Shown here: in pieces, positions 48,269 through 57,712 of the stretch
Numbering within the stretch: the stretch's first letter is position 1
How the letters are laid out: each line of letters begins with the position of its first letter
Virus record (IMG/VR): IMGVR_UViG_3300027763_000039
Location: 32,001 to 96,000 of that record
Source: a virus
Reading direction: 5' to 3' (one strand)
DNA: 64,000 nucleotides
Notes under the pieces: model-generated
Databases searched by the model: none
What the model was told of the DNA's origin: nothing
The model's input: the letters and a program-made list of their open reading frames with translations, nothing else
Position numbers and translations under genes: made by a program

Positions 48269-49309
48269 TTATCCCTTACTATTTAATTGTTGCATTATCT
48301 TTTGTTGAACATCTGGCAACTGAGCATCTGGTATCCTACTTCCAATATCATTCTGGTTTATAAAGTCTATTTTTTGTCTAAGAGTAGCTAATCCTTGATT
48401 ATTGTTAAGTCCGAGTATGTCATCTGCCTGTTGTTTATTCCCTGCCATTAAAAATACTTCTGAGGCATTTTTCAAATTGCCACTCAATGTATTTTCTACA
48501 CCCTTTTGCTTTTTTTGTCTTTCATTTTCTTGTTTATTAAAAAGCATCCAACCATCTAGAGCATCATCATCATTAATAATATCTTGTTGTGGACATTCTG
48601 GATGTTCATATATCTTATCATACATATAAGAAATATTTATCAAACTCTTTTGTTCTTCAGACCATTCTTTAACAGAATCATCTAGTATATTGCTTTTATT
48701 ATTATTCCAATAATTTCTCCAATACTCACTTCTAGCGAGAGCTTTGAAGGTGCTAATGTCTATTAGGTTTTGAGAAATTTTGGATGCTACACTGTTAAAA
48801 GAATTATAATCGATATTTTCATTATGAAAAATTAAATTATCTGTATTATACTCATAAAGAGTATTAGTTATTAAAAATTCGTTCCTAATATTATCACAAT
48901 AATGTTCTAATGTAATATAGTCTAAGCAATGTTGTTTTTGTAAGAATTGCTCAAGATCCTTTTTTAAATTTTGTATTTTCTGTTTAATCTTATTTCTTTT
49001 GGTGCTATCAAAGTATTGTTGATATAGTGTTATTTTACTGGACTCTAAACTTTTTTCTATTTTCTCTATTATTTTTTTATAATCCCATGGTAGAATCTGT
49101 AATTCAAATAATAAATGTTCAATATCTTCTAAGAACCAAAATTCATTATAGAGATTACTCTCATAAGCATCAGTATAGAGAATGTCTCCACTGATTTTTA
49201 AAGACAAAGAAGGTTTCCTAAGTTCATAAGTCATATCGTTGCAAACAAAAACTTGTTTTCCAGATAAAATCCTATGTACTAGTATTTCGTGATACTTAGA
49301 CTCATTCAC
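48269..49309 (-). CDS. Putative tail assembly chaperone (gpGT-like)
   Basis: GTG start; N-domain aligns ungapped with 47076-47957; acidic/aromatic C-domain (YDKIYEHPECP..DDDALDGW); between tail tube and TMP. Confidence 0.5.
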   Translation of the reverse strand: MNESKYHEILVHRILSGKQVFVCNDMTYELRKPSLSLKISGDILYTDAYESNLYNEFWFLEDIEHLLFELQILPWDYKKIIEKIEKSLESSKITLYQQYFDSTKRNKIKQKIQNLKKDLEQFLQKQHCLDYITLEHYCDNIRNEFLITNTLYEYNTDNLIFHNENIDYNSFNSVASKISQNLIDISTFKALARSEYWRNYWNNNKSNILDDSVKEWSEEQKSLINISYMYDKIYEHPECPQQDIINDDDALDGWMLFNKQENERQKKQKGVENTLSGNLKNASEVFLMAGNKQQADDILGLNNNQGLATLRQKIDFINQNDIGSRIPDAQLPDVQQKIMQQLNSKG

Positions 49310-49311
49310 AT

Positions 49312-49458
49312 TTACTGTTCTTGAGAAATAATAGAAGCTTGTAGTTTAGAGATATCTTTTTCTCTATCTTCCAATTTTTTTTGTAGATTTTCTATTATCT
49401 TTTGACTTTGTAATAAGTCTAAATATAACTTTCCTATTGTTGCAAATACTTCATCCAT
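49312..49458 (-). CDS. Small 48-aa coiled-coil protein (absent from the ORF track)
   Basis: GAGGA RBS; MDEVFATIGKLYLDLLQSQKIIENLQKKLEDREKDISKLQASIISQEQ-stop; fills the gap between neighbours. Confidence 0.7.
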   Translation of the reverse strand: MDEVFATIGKLYLDLLQSQKIIENLQKKLEDREKDISKLQASIISQEQ

Positions 49459-49503
49459 AATAGTCCTCGAACCATGTTCTTTTGATATAAATTAACTTAA
49501 CAA

Positions 49504-50643
49504 TTAGTAATCAGTGCCTGGAACTGGTAGAGCAAGAGGAGTGGCTTCGATAACATCACTGAATCCAAAAGGAGGATAAATACTACCACTAGCAGTACCA
49601 CCACTTATAGGTGCACTGTAGGTAAAATCACTATATGTTGTATAACTATAAGTGATTGTAGCATTACCACCATCAGTACCACCGCCATTAAAGTTGACTG
49701 ACTTGAGCTTGTTCTTATTGCCAAGGTCAATACTCATTCCGTCGCAGAGAACAATCTTAATACTCTTATTGCTAAGAGCTTTAGGATTAGAGCAAGCAAT
49801 ATTAGTTGAACCACTAACGCCAACCATGTCACCAGTATTAGCTGTAACTTCAATGTCTGTTGAAATTTCAACTGGGAACTTGATATAACGATAGTAAGGT
49901 GTTCTACTACCTAATTCACGAATTTGTTCACGACCAAGATTCATACTAACTTTAACACTGTTAATCTTAATGCCCGCTGGAATACCACCAGATTCTGAAC
50001 CTTTGTCTAAGCTAACTTGACCATTACCAGTACCAGTAATACCAGTTGGAAGAATAGTACTACTAGCATTCCATAATCCACGACGCATGATACCAAGACC
50101 TGAATTATTCGGAGATGGAATATCCCAAGTTGGTGCTGATCCACCGCTAGTGGTGGGATAATTGGAAGAAACAGCCACATTTAACCATGTTTTATCATTA
50201 CTTACCAATGTAACTTCTTCTGTAAAATTACCATCCGTTGGGAAATTATATGTAACAGCTGATAGGTAAGAAGGTACGCATTCTACTGCGGCGGTTGGAA
50301 CACCTGTGGACTTGGTAACTGTATCAGGATAAAGTAGCATTTTAAGACCACAACGATTATTTGCCAAGTCAGCCAAACTGCCAGTACCCATACTCATTTC
50401 ATAAATAGTTGGCATACCATCTAATACTTTATTCAAAGTAATTTCAACTTCTGGAATTTCTTCATAATTGTCATATAAAGAAAGCTGACCAAGTTGATAA
50501 ACTGGTTCTAGATTAAAGTTAGTTTGGATACCAACACTTTGCAAGCCTTGGATTGTATCATAATCAGGATTTTTAACTACCTTGGTGCCTGATGGACCAG
50601 CTAGCTGCACAGATTGACAAGCATAATAAATACGATTGGCCAT
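49504..50643 (-). CDS. Putative major tail tube protein
   Basis: IQGLQSVGIQTNFNLEPVYQLGQL..PEVEITL and a second similar hairpin (MNLGREQIRELG..PVEISTDIEV); GGAG RBS; position upstream of chaperones and TMP. Confidence 0.65.
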   Translation of the reverse strand: MANRIYYACQSVQLAGPSGTKVVKNPDYDTIQGLQSVGIQTNFNLEPVYQLGQLSLYDNYEEIPEVEITLNKVLDGMPTIYEMSMGTGSLADLANNRCGLKMLLYPDTVTKSTGVPTAAVECVPSYLSAVTYNFPTDGNFTEEVTLVSNDKTWLNVAVSSNYPTTSGGSAPTWDIPSPNNSGLGIMRRGLWNASSTILPTGITGTGNGQVSLDKGSESGGIPAGIKINSVKVSMNLGREQIRELGSRTPYYRYIKFPVEISTDIEVTANTGDMVGVSGSTNIACSNPKALSNKSIKIVLCDGMSIDLGNKNKLKSVNFNGGGTDGGNATITYSYTTYSDFTYSAPISGGTASGSIYPPFGFSDVIEATPLALPVPGTDY

Positions 50644-50665
50644 GAGAGTGTCTCCGTTAATTTGG

Positions 50666-51628
50666 CTAAATGATAACTTCGGTCGTTAACCTTAATGTAC
50701 ACCAATATAAATTTTTATTTCTGCTTTCCATATCTAAAATTGAGATGTCTTTTAAATAACATCTTTTCCATCTATATAATGGATTTAGCACTAAATCACA
50801 ATAATTTTTACCAGTATTGTTGATAGAGCCCTGATAATTTAAGGGGTTTATCCCACTATTTATCACTTTTTGGATATCATATAACCATAAAGTTTTTTGT
50901 TTTTGTAGTCGTATAATATCGGCTATTCTGTTTTTATCAGAAGAATTTTCTGCAAACACATGTAATAATATGTCTTGATTAACAGCAAAATCATGAGCAC
51001 CCATTTGCCAGGGTTGAGAATAACTACTAGCAATAGGCTCGATAACTATGCAAGGCATTTGAATTCTATGATTAGATGATATTGAGTAATCACCCTTATC
51101 TTTTTGATTAATGGCTGGTGATGGACTATATGTCATACCTTGTAATTCTACCCAATAAGGATCAGTACTACTTTTGTATACTTGACACCATCTATAAGAA
51201 TATTCTAGTTTAACAACTGATGCAGCAGCTAAGGGCTTATCGAATACTACTTGTCCAAGAGGATAATTTATATGATAACCAACAGACCCACTTCCTGTTG
51301 GAGATGGATAAAAATTAGTTCCAATACTAACTCCAGAAATGCGGGTGGGTTGGGTTCCATTAAAAGAAACTCCTGTCTCCCATACCCAATCTTTTTTGGG
51401 GGTCTGCCATATCTGACCTTTATTAAAGCCGGGCTGTTCAGAAATTTTAAGTTCGTGAAATGATCCACCATACAATCCACTAGTGGGAATCTTTACATTA
51501 ATAAAACCACCAATATTAAGAAATCCCCAATCTAGGAATGTCTTTAAGTTTTCTTCTAATTCATTCAGTAAAGTATTACCTCCTAATGAAGTAATAGTAT
51601 TGAATTTTGTATAGTCTTCACAACTCAT
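50666..51628 (-). CDS. Putative tail terminator/completion protein
   Basis: QMPCIVIEP..QDILLHVFAENSSDKNRIADII resembles gpU-like terminators; precedes the tail tube gene. Confidence 0.55.
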   Translation of the reverse strand: MSCEDYTKFNTITSLGGNTLLNELEENLKTFLDWGFLNIGGFINVKIPTSGLYGGSFHELKISEQPGFNKGQIWQTPKKDWVWETGVSFNGTQPTRISGVSIGTNFYPSPTGSGSVGYHINYPLGQVVFDKPLAAASVVKLEYSYRWCQVYKSSTDPYWVELQGMTYSPSPAINQKDKGDYSISSNHRIQMPCIVIEPIASSYSQPWQMGAHDFAVNQDILLHVFAENSSDKNRIADIIRLQKQKTLWLYDIQKVINSGINPLNYQGSINNTGKNYCDLVLNPLYRWKRCYLKDISILDMESRNKNLYWCTLRLTTEVII

Positions 51629-52272
51629 ATGTTTTTCTCAATTTCTGTTTGTATCATGGTTGGAATTTTGTTATCATCTAATTTATCTAAGGCTCTGGTT
51701 ACCCAGTTATTAGTCGATGTTCCGGCAAATTCAGGAGGAACTCTCCAGTTTTCTTTTGCTGGTTTCATAATAGCTAAACCAGTTCTAGAATATGGGTTAG
51801 GACCAACCTGAACTGTATAGTTTTTAACAATAATTTTGCTACCGTATAGTAATAACCACTCTAACCACGGTAATACAGCTTTGCTTAAACCATCAAATAC
51901 TAGAGCACTATCACTAGTTAAAACATCTTCATAATTAGACTTAATCATACTAATACTAAATCCACCCTTTAAGCCAGAACCATTCAGCGTAATTGGATTA
52001 ACATCAATTATAACATTATTGGTCCATATATTGACTATTTCGTTGACTTTTTGAGCAGCTTCCGGTATACCGAATTCGTAGCGTAGTCTGCCTGATACTA
52101 AAGATTGATATTCTGGTTCAGATACTATAGCCTTATAAATTTCGGCTGGTATAGTTTTGGCTAGAACACCACGAGCTTTATAAAAAGCGGTCTGTAAATG
52201 GTCTTTGATGCTATCTAGAACCATCTGTTTAATTGCAGCATCAGATTCTAATAGTTTTAATGAGAATTGCAT
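51625..52272 (-). CDS. Putative neck/tail completion protein
   Basis: ATG at 52272 (MQFSLKLL) preferred; LPWLEWLL..AGTSTNNWVTRALD; position between head-tail adaptor and terminator. Confidence 0.5.
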   Translation of the reverse strand: MQFSLKLLESDAAIKQMVLDSIKDHLQTAFYKARGVLAKTIPAEIYKAIVSEPEYQSLVSGRLRYEFGIPEAAQKVNEIVNIWTNNVIIDVNPITLNGSGLKGGFSISMIKSNYEDVLTSDSALVFDGLSKAVLPWLEWLLLYGSKIIVKNYTVQVGPNPYSRTGLAIMKPAKENWRVPPEFAGTSTNNWVTRALDKLDDNKIPTMIQTEIEKNI

Positions 52273-52273
52273 T

Positions 52274-52807
52274 TTAGGCCCTCGACCACATTGTAACAAT
52301 ATATCTATTATCTCCAAAACCACATGGCTGTGGATCTCCAGCAGTCACATATGTATAGCCCCCATAATTAGCTATATTTTTATCTATAGTGATATATTGA
52401 GCATTTTTAATTTTAGGAAGAAGGGAAATTGAGCATATGGTTTGAACCATGCCGTCCACTATGTTAACAGCATCTGCTTTAGTTGACCAATTAAACCAAT
52501 ATTTACTATCAAATAGCACTGCTAAATATATAGTTTCTTCATTAGCTTGATCAATTAGTCCATATCCATTACAAACTGGACAAATAGTATCCGTAGTAAA
52601 AGAAATGGGACCGGTGCCATTATATCTATTGGCTGATCTTATAGAAATTGGATCAAATATACAGTTATGACATGGCTTATTATTGGAAGAACCGTAGGAT
52701 ATAACACAGGGAACAGCAAGTCCCGTATTAGACAATAGTGAGTCTATGGCTTGATTGTATAAGTTTTTATAACCAGCAGATATTAAACCTTCAAAAGGAT
52801 TAGCCAT
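52274..52807 (-). CDS. Putative head-tail adaptor/head closure protein with Cys motifs
   Basis: ATG at 52807 (MANPFEG) after AAGGA; CHNC and CPVCNG; gene order. Confidence 0.5.
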   Translation of the reverse strand: MANPFEGLISAGYKNLYNQAIDSLLSNTGLAVPCVISYGSSNNKPCHNCIFDPISIRSANRYNGTGPISFTTDTICPVCNGYGLIDQANEETIYLAVLFDSKYWFNWSTKADAVNIVDGMVQTICSISLLPKIKNAQYITIDKNIANYGGYTYVTAGDPQPCGFGDNRYIVTMWSRA

Positions 52808-52851
52808 ATTAATTATCCTTAGAGTAAAAATACTAATATAAAATACACATT

Positions 52852-53796
52852 TTACCAACTACTATGAGGAGAACGTCTCCAAGTATTACTGCCCACACAA
52901 ATATATAAATAGGATGAATCCCATACTATATCACCAGGATTTCCAGAAGAGGAGGATGAGGCTATCATTCTGTAGGGTATATTAGTAACTGATCTAGAAA
53001 AATCTACAATATCAGATAAATAATGTTTATGTCCGCTAATAGAATAATTACCAACAGGTTGCGGAATATAGTTTAATGCTCCACTAATATCTGTAAAAGA
53101 TAAAGTAACAGTACCTGACCTAGCATTAAATGATGTTACTCCACTATTTCCTAATGAATCAATAGTGATAGTATTAGAAGAATTATTATAGTATACATTA
53201 GTATATCCACTACCAACAATATTCAGTCTTTCATTGTTAGAATAATAAATAACTGGCGCAGTTCCGTCTCCTATGGTTAAATTATGAATATGATTACTAT
53301 AAGAATATGAACCAGTAGGTTGTTTAGCATCCAACAAACCTTGAAGGCCATCTACTTGATCAACTATATGATGATGACCATATAAGCTATAATCTCCAGA
53401 AACCTGTGGTACATAACCGAGCCTGCTAATGATATTTGGAGCAGTTAAGAAACCGGAACCAGATTTGGTATCTATCACTACGCTACGAGCAGCATTGTTA
53501 TATGATATAGTTGTATCACCTGAACCTACAACATTGAGATATTGTCCACTGGATAAATTAATAGCTACTCGTGGGTCTGCTCCATCTGCTATGGATAGAT
53601 AAATTTCTGGAAAATTGATAGTTACAGGAGGAATGTCTACATATGATAGACCAGACCAAGCAGTAACTCCGTCTCCAACTTTTAAGTATCTGGATTCGGT
53701 CTCATATCCTGGTTCTCCTAAAGCTAAGATGGGATTAACAGAAATCCATTCTCCACTAGGGGCTCTTCGTAGTCTAATTCTTCGATAATCACTCAT
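52852..53796 (-). CDS. Fibre protein with Mtd_N/hyaluronidase-type N-terminal domain and HxH fibre repeats
   Basis: RIRLRR..EWISVNPILALGEPGYET..LKVGDGVTAW; GHHH, NHIH, GHKH; C-terminal GNPGDIVWDSSYLYICVGSNTWRR. Confidence 0.78.
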   Translation of the reverse strand: MSDYRRIRLRRAPSGEWISVNPILALGEPGYETESRYLKVGDGVTAWSGLSYVDIPPVTINFPEIYLSIADGADPRVAINLSSGQYLNVVGSGDTTISYNNAARSVVIDTKSGSGFLTAPNIISRLGYVPQVSGDYSLYGHHHIVDQVDGLQGLLDAKQPTGSYSYSNHIHNLTIGDGTAPVIYYSNNERLNIVGSGYTNVYYNNSSNTITIDSLGNSGVTSFNARSGTVTLSFTDISGALNYIPQPVGNYSISGHKHYLSDIVDFSRSVTNIPYRMIASSSSSGNPGDIVWDSSYLYICVGSNTWRRSPHSSW

Positions 53797-56258
53797 AATT
53801 TTTTAACTCCGAAAATTAAACCAGTAACTTGTGGTACGAGCCAGTTTTCTTGTGTAATTGGATTTTGATTAACATAATATTGATATGTTTTATAGCTTGT
53901 TTTATTAACGGTTTGTATGGGTCCAACCTCTACATAATCATCTATTTTAGTTTTGAATGGTGTGATCGATGGAGTAAAATTAGTAGGATAACGATTCACT
54001 CCAGAAGTTATTCTATATTCATCAATATATCCTCCTTTACCAATACTTAAATTTACATTAGTGATTTGAGCATTAGTATTAGTATCTAAAATTGTAAAAA
54101 TAGACCTAATAGTAGAACCATCAAAGGATGCTGTGTAGGGTGTGCTGAACGAACCTTGTGTTTCAGCTGGGTAAACAAAAGAAGTAACACTGCCACTATT
54201 GGATAGATAATAAGAACTACCTGCTTGACCATTAAGATAGCAAATAATATTATTAGTACTATTTCTTGTGATAGCAACGTGGTGCCAAACTCCTGTGCTC
54301 GCTATAGTAGGAAAAAATAATTGCCTTTGTACACTTGCTGATTGGAATAATCCGTCTCCATCATCGCTGGTTTTAAAATTAGATACATATTGTATGCCGC
54401 TAGTATTAGCAGCAAATGAATAGGTCTGAAAACTCCAATATTGAATATTAGGATTTGGAGTTTTATCAAACAATGATATAGATGTAGTATTATTGGGAAA
54501 GTAAACCCAAGATTCTATAGTAAAAATAGATCCTGATGGGTCAGGATAATTCAAGTGTAGATAAGAATTTTGATTGGGGAAACTAATACTACGACTACCG
54601 ACTTTACTGGGAGAAGTGGTTGTTGTCACCGACCCAGTATAGCTAATATTATTACTAAATGTGGATGAGTCTGCAATAGGAGTAGACTCTCCATGCAAGA
54701 GCAATGTTACGTTAGGCTCATAAGTATCAGTCTGTCCAGAATACATAACATTGATAAATTTAGTATCTAAATATTTTTTCCTAGCGCTATTATATACTTT
54801 CATTCCTCCGATAGCATCATTAAAACTACCTCTCCAAACAGAATCAGTATCAAAAGCATCCCAATAAATATTTGATTTATAGTTAGGTCCACTCATTTTT
54901 ATAGCATCTATATTACCGCTAATAATAGCTGTCACATTATTACCATCAGCATCTGGAACTAAAAAAGCTCTTCTATGACTACTGTAGTCATAATATGTAG
55001 AATTAGATGGAGAACCATCATCGTTAAATGTTTTTGTAATAGAACGAACAGTAGGGTCTTTATACCATTTTAATAATCCATCAGATGCTCCATAATTATC
55101 TACCAAACTACCACTAACTCCAGGATAGATAGACATAACTTTAGCAGAGCTTCCTATCCAATAGGATGGGGGTGGGTCGGCATTATCCACTAAAACCAAG
55201 TCGTCTAGTAACCAAACTCTTCCTCTCATATAATACCAGGAATCTTTCCATAAATCCTCTCCTTGTATAGAAGAAGTTATTCCATTCATAACGGAATTTG
55301 AATAAGTACGATTATAAAATCGTAAATTATTAAAATTAAAACCGCTTATTGGTAAACTCAGATCCCATGACTCTTTTAGAATATTAGGATTTGAATTGAC
55401 TACCGGGATATTAATATCTTCTACATTTAGATATAATAGAGGAGGATTAACAGATTGATCTATAGAGAATTCTAAATGACACCACCTACTAATCATAGCG
55501 CTAAATCCATCTCCTTTATTAGTGTCCGCAATTGTTAATATTTTATTAGTAGTAGAATCAAATACAGAAGATATTTGATAACGATTGATCATTCCATAAA
55601 TATTTAAATCAAAATAACCTACTGTTTGATCATTTTGTTGTATTTCTAAAGCTAGTGTCTCTTTCTTATTATTCAGTGTGCTGAGATTATTCCCAGTAAT
55701 TTTTACAACATTAACTGTTAAACAAGGAAGACTTCCACTATTAAAACTAAATAATGTATGTCTATGCGGATAAGTAGAATAATCGCTATGCTTAGATTCT
55801 AAACCAAGACATCTCATAGATAAGTATGAGATATTACCTGACGGAGAAGGGAATCCACTGGCCTGTAAATATGTTGGGGTTTCTAAATTATTAGTATCTT
55901 CTATTTGTATATTAGTAAATGCTAAAAATCCTGGGGGACTTCCAAAGCCAGGATATGAATTTTTAGTATAGTCTATGTTACCATATGTACCATATAGAGC
56001 GGCCCTATTATCTGTGTATCTTCCACTGGGAACTAATCCATTAATAGAGGTTGGAGTAGAGTATCTATAGAGAAAACCTAATTTCTGTGGGTCAAGAGAC
56101 CCTAAATAGGTAGCAGAAAGATTATCTTCTATGACATACGGAGAATATCCACCGAAAGCGTATTTAGGAAAACTTTTAAATTGAGTAGACCAATACTTTG
56201 AATCTAGCTCATTTAAGAGTACTCCTTTATCAAAGCCTTCGAAAAATAAAGTAGACAT
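53793..56258 (-). CDS. LamG/concanavalin A-like lectin domain virion protein
   Basis: NVTLLLHG..FTIESWVY..WHHVAITR..YLNG..GYIDEYRITSGVNRY..FTP. Confidence 0.78.
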   Translation of the reverse strand: MSTLFFEGFDKGVLLNELDSKYWSTQFKSFPKYAFGGYSPYVIEDNLSATYLGSLDPQKLGFLYRYSTPTSINGLVPSGRYTDNRAALYGTYGNIDYTKNSYPGFGSPPGFLAFTNIQIEDTNNLETPTYLQASGFPSPSGNISYLSMRCLGLESKHSDYSTYPHRHTLFSFNSGSLPCLTVNVVKITGNNLSTLNNKKETLALEIQQNDQTVGYFDLNIYGMINRYQISSVFDSTTNKILTIADTNKGDGFSAMISRWCHLEFSIDQSVNPPLLYLNVEDINIPVVNSNPNILKESWDLSLPISGFNFNNLRFYNRTYSNSVMNGITSSIQGEDLWKDSWYYMRGRVWLLDDLVLVDNADPPPSYWIGSSAKVMSIYPGVSGSLVDNYGASDGLLKWYKDPTVRSITKTFNDDGSPSNSTYYDYSSHRRAFLVPDADGNNVTAIISGNIDAIKMSGPNYKSNIYWDAFDTDSVWRGSFNDAIGGMKVYNSARKKYLDTKFINVMYSGQTDTYEPNVTLLLHGESTPIADSSTFSNNISYTGSVTTTTSPSKVGSRSISFPNQNSYLHLNYPDPSGSIFTIESWVYFPNNTTSISLFDKTPNPNIQYWSFQTYSFAANTSGIQYVSNFKTSDDGDGLFQSASVQRQLFFPTIASTGVWHHVAITRNSTNNIICYLNGQAGSSYYLSNSGSVTSFVYPAETQGSFSTPYTASFDGSTIRSIFTILDTNTNAQITNVNLSIGKGGYIDEYRITSGVNRYPTNFTPSITPFKTKIDDYVEVGPIQTVNKTSYKTYQYYVNQNPITQENWLVPQVTGLIFGVKKL

Positions 56259-56338
56259 AGCATCTCCTAGACCAGAATTATATTATTAAATGTTGTCATT
56301 ATAGTGGCTAATATAGTCCTGTAAGTTAATACACCGGT

Positions 56339-56530
56339 TTAAACGATTGAAATCTGTAAGTCGCATGGTAAATCATATAATAAAACTTCGACAGAAACAT
56401 AAGAAATTAAAACTGTCTCATTAGGAGCATTGTAGGTTAATAGATCATTAGACATATAAGAACAGTATATCCTATAAATTTCTCTGTCTTGATATGATAA
56501 AGGATATCCAAAAAATGGAGGTAGTATCAT
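56339..56530 (-). CDS. Small hypothetical protein
   Basis: AGGAG RBS; co-oriented and fills the gap after the collagen fibre gene. Confidence 0.55.
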   Translation of the reverse strand: MILPPFFGYPLSYQDREIYRIYCSYMSNDLLTYNAPNETVLISYVSVEVLLYDLPCDLQISIV

Positions 56531-56542
56531 GAATTTCTCCTA

Positions 56543-57697
56543 TTATTCTGGACCGCCATTTGCGTCGGTGGTGTCTCCAGATAGTATAATAGTATTATCT
56601 CCAGCCTTTACTAATGTTGCAACAGAGAATTGTCCTACTAGTTTAGAATGACCCAACCTATTTGACAATCCATTACCAGATAATCTTACTTGACCAGAAC
56701 CCAGCTGAGAAATCAAACAATTAAATCCTAATGATAAACTATCACTAAATTGCACATTTATGGCACGAATATTGTTTGTGAAAGTTAAAACTTTACCGTT
56801 ATCAGACTGTACTATAGTATAACCAGAAGTTGAAATATTCTGCAAAGATGCCGAGAACCTATTTAATTCTCCATCTCCTAAAGATTGAGTTCCTGTGAAA
56901 CTATTGCCACCATTTAGTTTAGCAAAAAGACCTGATGATAGAGTTGATATGTCTCCCAAACCAAGAGTATTTCGTTGAGCAGCTGCTGAGGCATCATTAA
57001 TTAAAACTTTACCAGCATCGGTAATAGATATGGTTCCGTATTTATCTACTCCTGTGCCACAGATCAATTTATTTTGAATGATGGGAAGATTACTGAGTTC
57101 AGCTAGCCTGTTATTGTATGCTTGTACGTTTGTTCCAATTGTTAGTCCACTAACAGATATAGTTAGAACATTGAGATCTTGATCAGCATAGCTTAATTGG
57201 ATATAGTTTCCGGGCTGTAGTAGATTAGCTACTCTATCATCCACTGATTCATTAAAATTATCAATGTCGCTGGGATTGTGATGATGTCCAAGCGGAGAAT
57301 ATTGTGAGCTAAGACTGTCTGATGAAATATTAATGGTTTTAGTATTGGGGACAAATGAAACAACAGTTCCTCCAGACCCAACAATATTTAAAGTCTCATT
57401 TTCTCGAATAGTAATATTACCGACATTTAATTTGGTTAGTCCGGTACCCGGAGGCCCCTCCAAACCTGATGGTCCGATTGGACCGATTGGCCCCGATGGA
57501 CCAACTTCACCCTGCAAACCGCTAGGCCCCGTTAATCCAGTTAAACCTCTTTCAACATAAACAACACTAACAGTATTATCAAAACCATCTATAATATTCA
57601 AATTTGTGGTAATAACACCAGGACTATCAGCTTGGTCAGTAGACTGATTAATTATCAAAACTTTTTGAGATGGTGGTGTGATGTTAACAGTAGCCAT
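56543..57697 (-). CDS. Collagen-repeat fibre protein
   Basis: 12 G-X-Y triplets, GHHH fibre motif, AAAQRNTLGLG and C-terminal YTIVQSDNGKVL..GFNCLISQLGSGQV domain. Confidence 0.78.
   Translation of the reverse strand: MATVNITPPSQKVLIINQSTDQADSPGVITTNLNIIDGFDNTVSVVYVERGLTGLTGPSGLQGEVGPSGPIGPIGPSGLEGPPGTGLTKLNVGNITIRENETLNIVGSGGTVVSFVPNTKTINISSDSLSSQYSPLGHHHNPSDIDNFNESVDDRVANLLQPGNYIQLSYADQDLNVLTISVSGLTIGTNVQAYNNRLAELSNLPIIQNKLICGTGVDKYGTISITDAGKVLINDASAAAQRNTLGLGDISTLSSGLFAKLNGGNSFTGTQSLGDGELNRFSASLQNISTSGYTIVQSDNGKVLTFTNNIRAINVQFSDSLSLGFNCLISQLGSGQVRLSGNGLSNRLGHSKLVGQFSVATLVKAGDNTIILSGDTTDANGGPE
57440..57547 (-). repeat. Collagen-like (Gly-X-Y)12 repeat
   Basis: GLT GLT GPS GLQ GEV GPS GPI GPI GPS GLE GPP GTG. 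Confidence 0.9.
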
Positions 57698-57712
57698 AAT
57701 TAAATACTATCC

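Noticed and set aside
49309-49458. Programmed -1 frameshift (G/GT type) at the A8 run in the 48-aa ORF leading into the 346-aa ORF
   Set aside because: The downstream ORF is in the -1 frame, but that frame reads AAA ATT GGA AGA TAG and stops long before reaching it
49504-52807. Contractile tail (sheath/baseplate wedge) genes
   Set aside because: No sheath or baseplate-J-like motifs recognised between neck and TMP, so a non-contractile tail is more likely, although such genes could lie outside the window
52852-53796. Diversity-generating retroelement target (Mtd-like protein)
   Set aside because: Only the N-terminal Mtd_N-type domain is present; no C-type lectin variable region, template repeat or reverse transcriptase seen in the window
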